Source: Escherichia coli
GTDB lineage: Bacteria; Pseudomonadota; Gammaproteobacteria; Enterobacterales; Enterobacteriaceae
Direction: 5' to 3' (one strand)
Length of the DNA stretch: 64,000 nucleotides
Assembly: GCF_050920415.1 (NCBI RefSeq)
Contig: NZ_CP169309.1
Part shown: in pieces, positions 63,881 through 64,000 of the stretch
Position numbering within the stretch: the stretch's first letter is position 1
How the letters are laid out: each line of letters starts with the position of its first letter
Program-made: the position numbers and the translations under genes
The notes under the pieces: generated by a model
The model's database searches: none
What the model was told of the DNA's origin: nothing
Seen by the model: the letters and a program-made list of their open reading frames with translations, nothing else

Positions 63881-64000
63881 GTATTCGCATAATCCCGCAA
63901 GATGAGCTGGGTTCGAGCGAGAAACGTACGGCGGATATGATTCCGCCGTTATTGTTCCCTCGGCTCAAAAATTTATACAACCGCCGCGCTGAACGTCTGC
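63877..64000 (+). CDS. fdhE: formate dehydrogenase maturation protein FdhE, N-terminal fragment; continues beyond the window end
   Basis: ATG at 63877 overlaps the fdoI stop (ATGA). Translation [41 protein letters not shown] matches the FdhE N-terminus. Confidence 0.85.

Overview
This window reads as an Escherichia coli-type chromosomal segment, collinear with the K-12 katG-metF-metLBJ ... rhaTRSBADM-frvABXR-fdhD-fdoGHI-fdhE region but presented in inverted orientation. Gene identities come from reading the supplied translations against proteins I recognise; no database search was run. Most of the window is conserved core: methionine biosynthesis (metF, metL, metB, metJ), priA, cytR, ftsN, hslVU, menA, rraA, zapB, glpFKX, fpr, tpiA, cdh, sbp, pfkA, fieF, cpxPRA, yiiM, kdgT, sodA, the rhamnose regulon, the frv PTS operon, and the formate dehydrogenase-O operon with its in-frame selenocysteine TGA. 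Three segments do not fit the K-12 gene order as I remember it and are the places worth a second look. (1) About 7.4 kb between metF and metL (roughly 3200-10650) carries three paralogous periplasmic 5'-nucleotidase-family genes (one frameshifted and inverted), a Tsx-family outer-membrane nucleoside channel paralog, and a 375-aa cysteine-rich protein of unknown function, with a perfect-consensus CRP site in the divergent promoter. (2) About 0.9 kb between rraA and zapB (24031-24965) holds an AT-rich leader and a membrane-anchored ORF interrupted by a single in-frame TGA. (3) A ScrY/BglH-like carbohydrate porin gene sits between rhaM and frvA. No rRNA, tRNA, CRISPR array or intact IS element was recognised. 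Coordinates of short regulatory sites were hand-indexed and may be off by a few bases.
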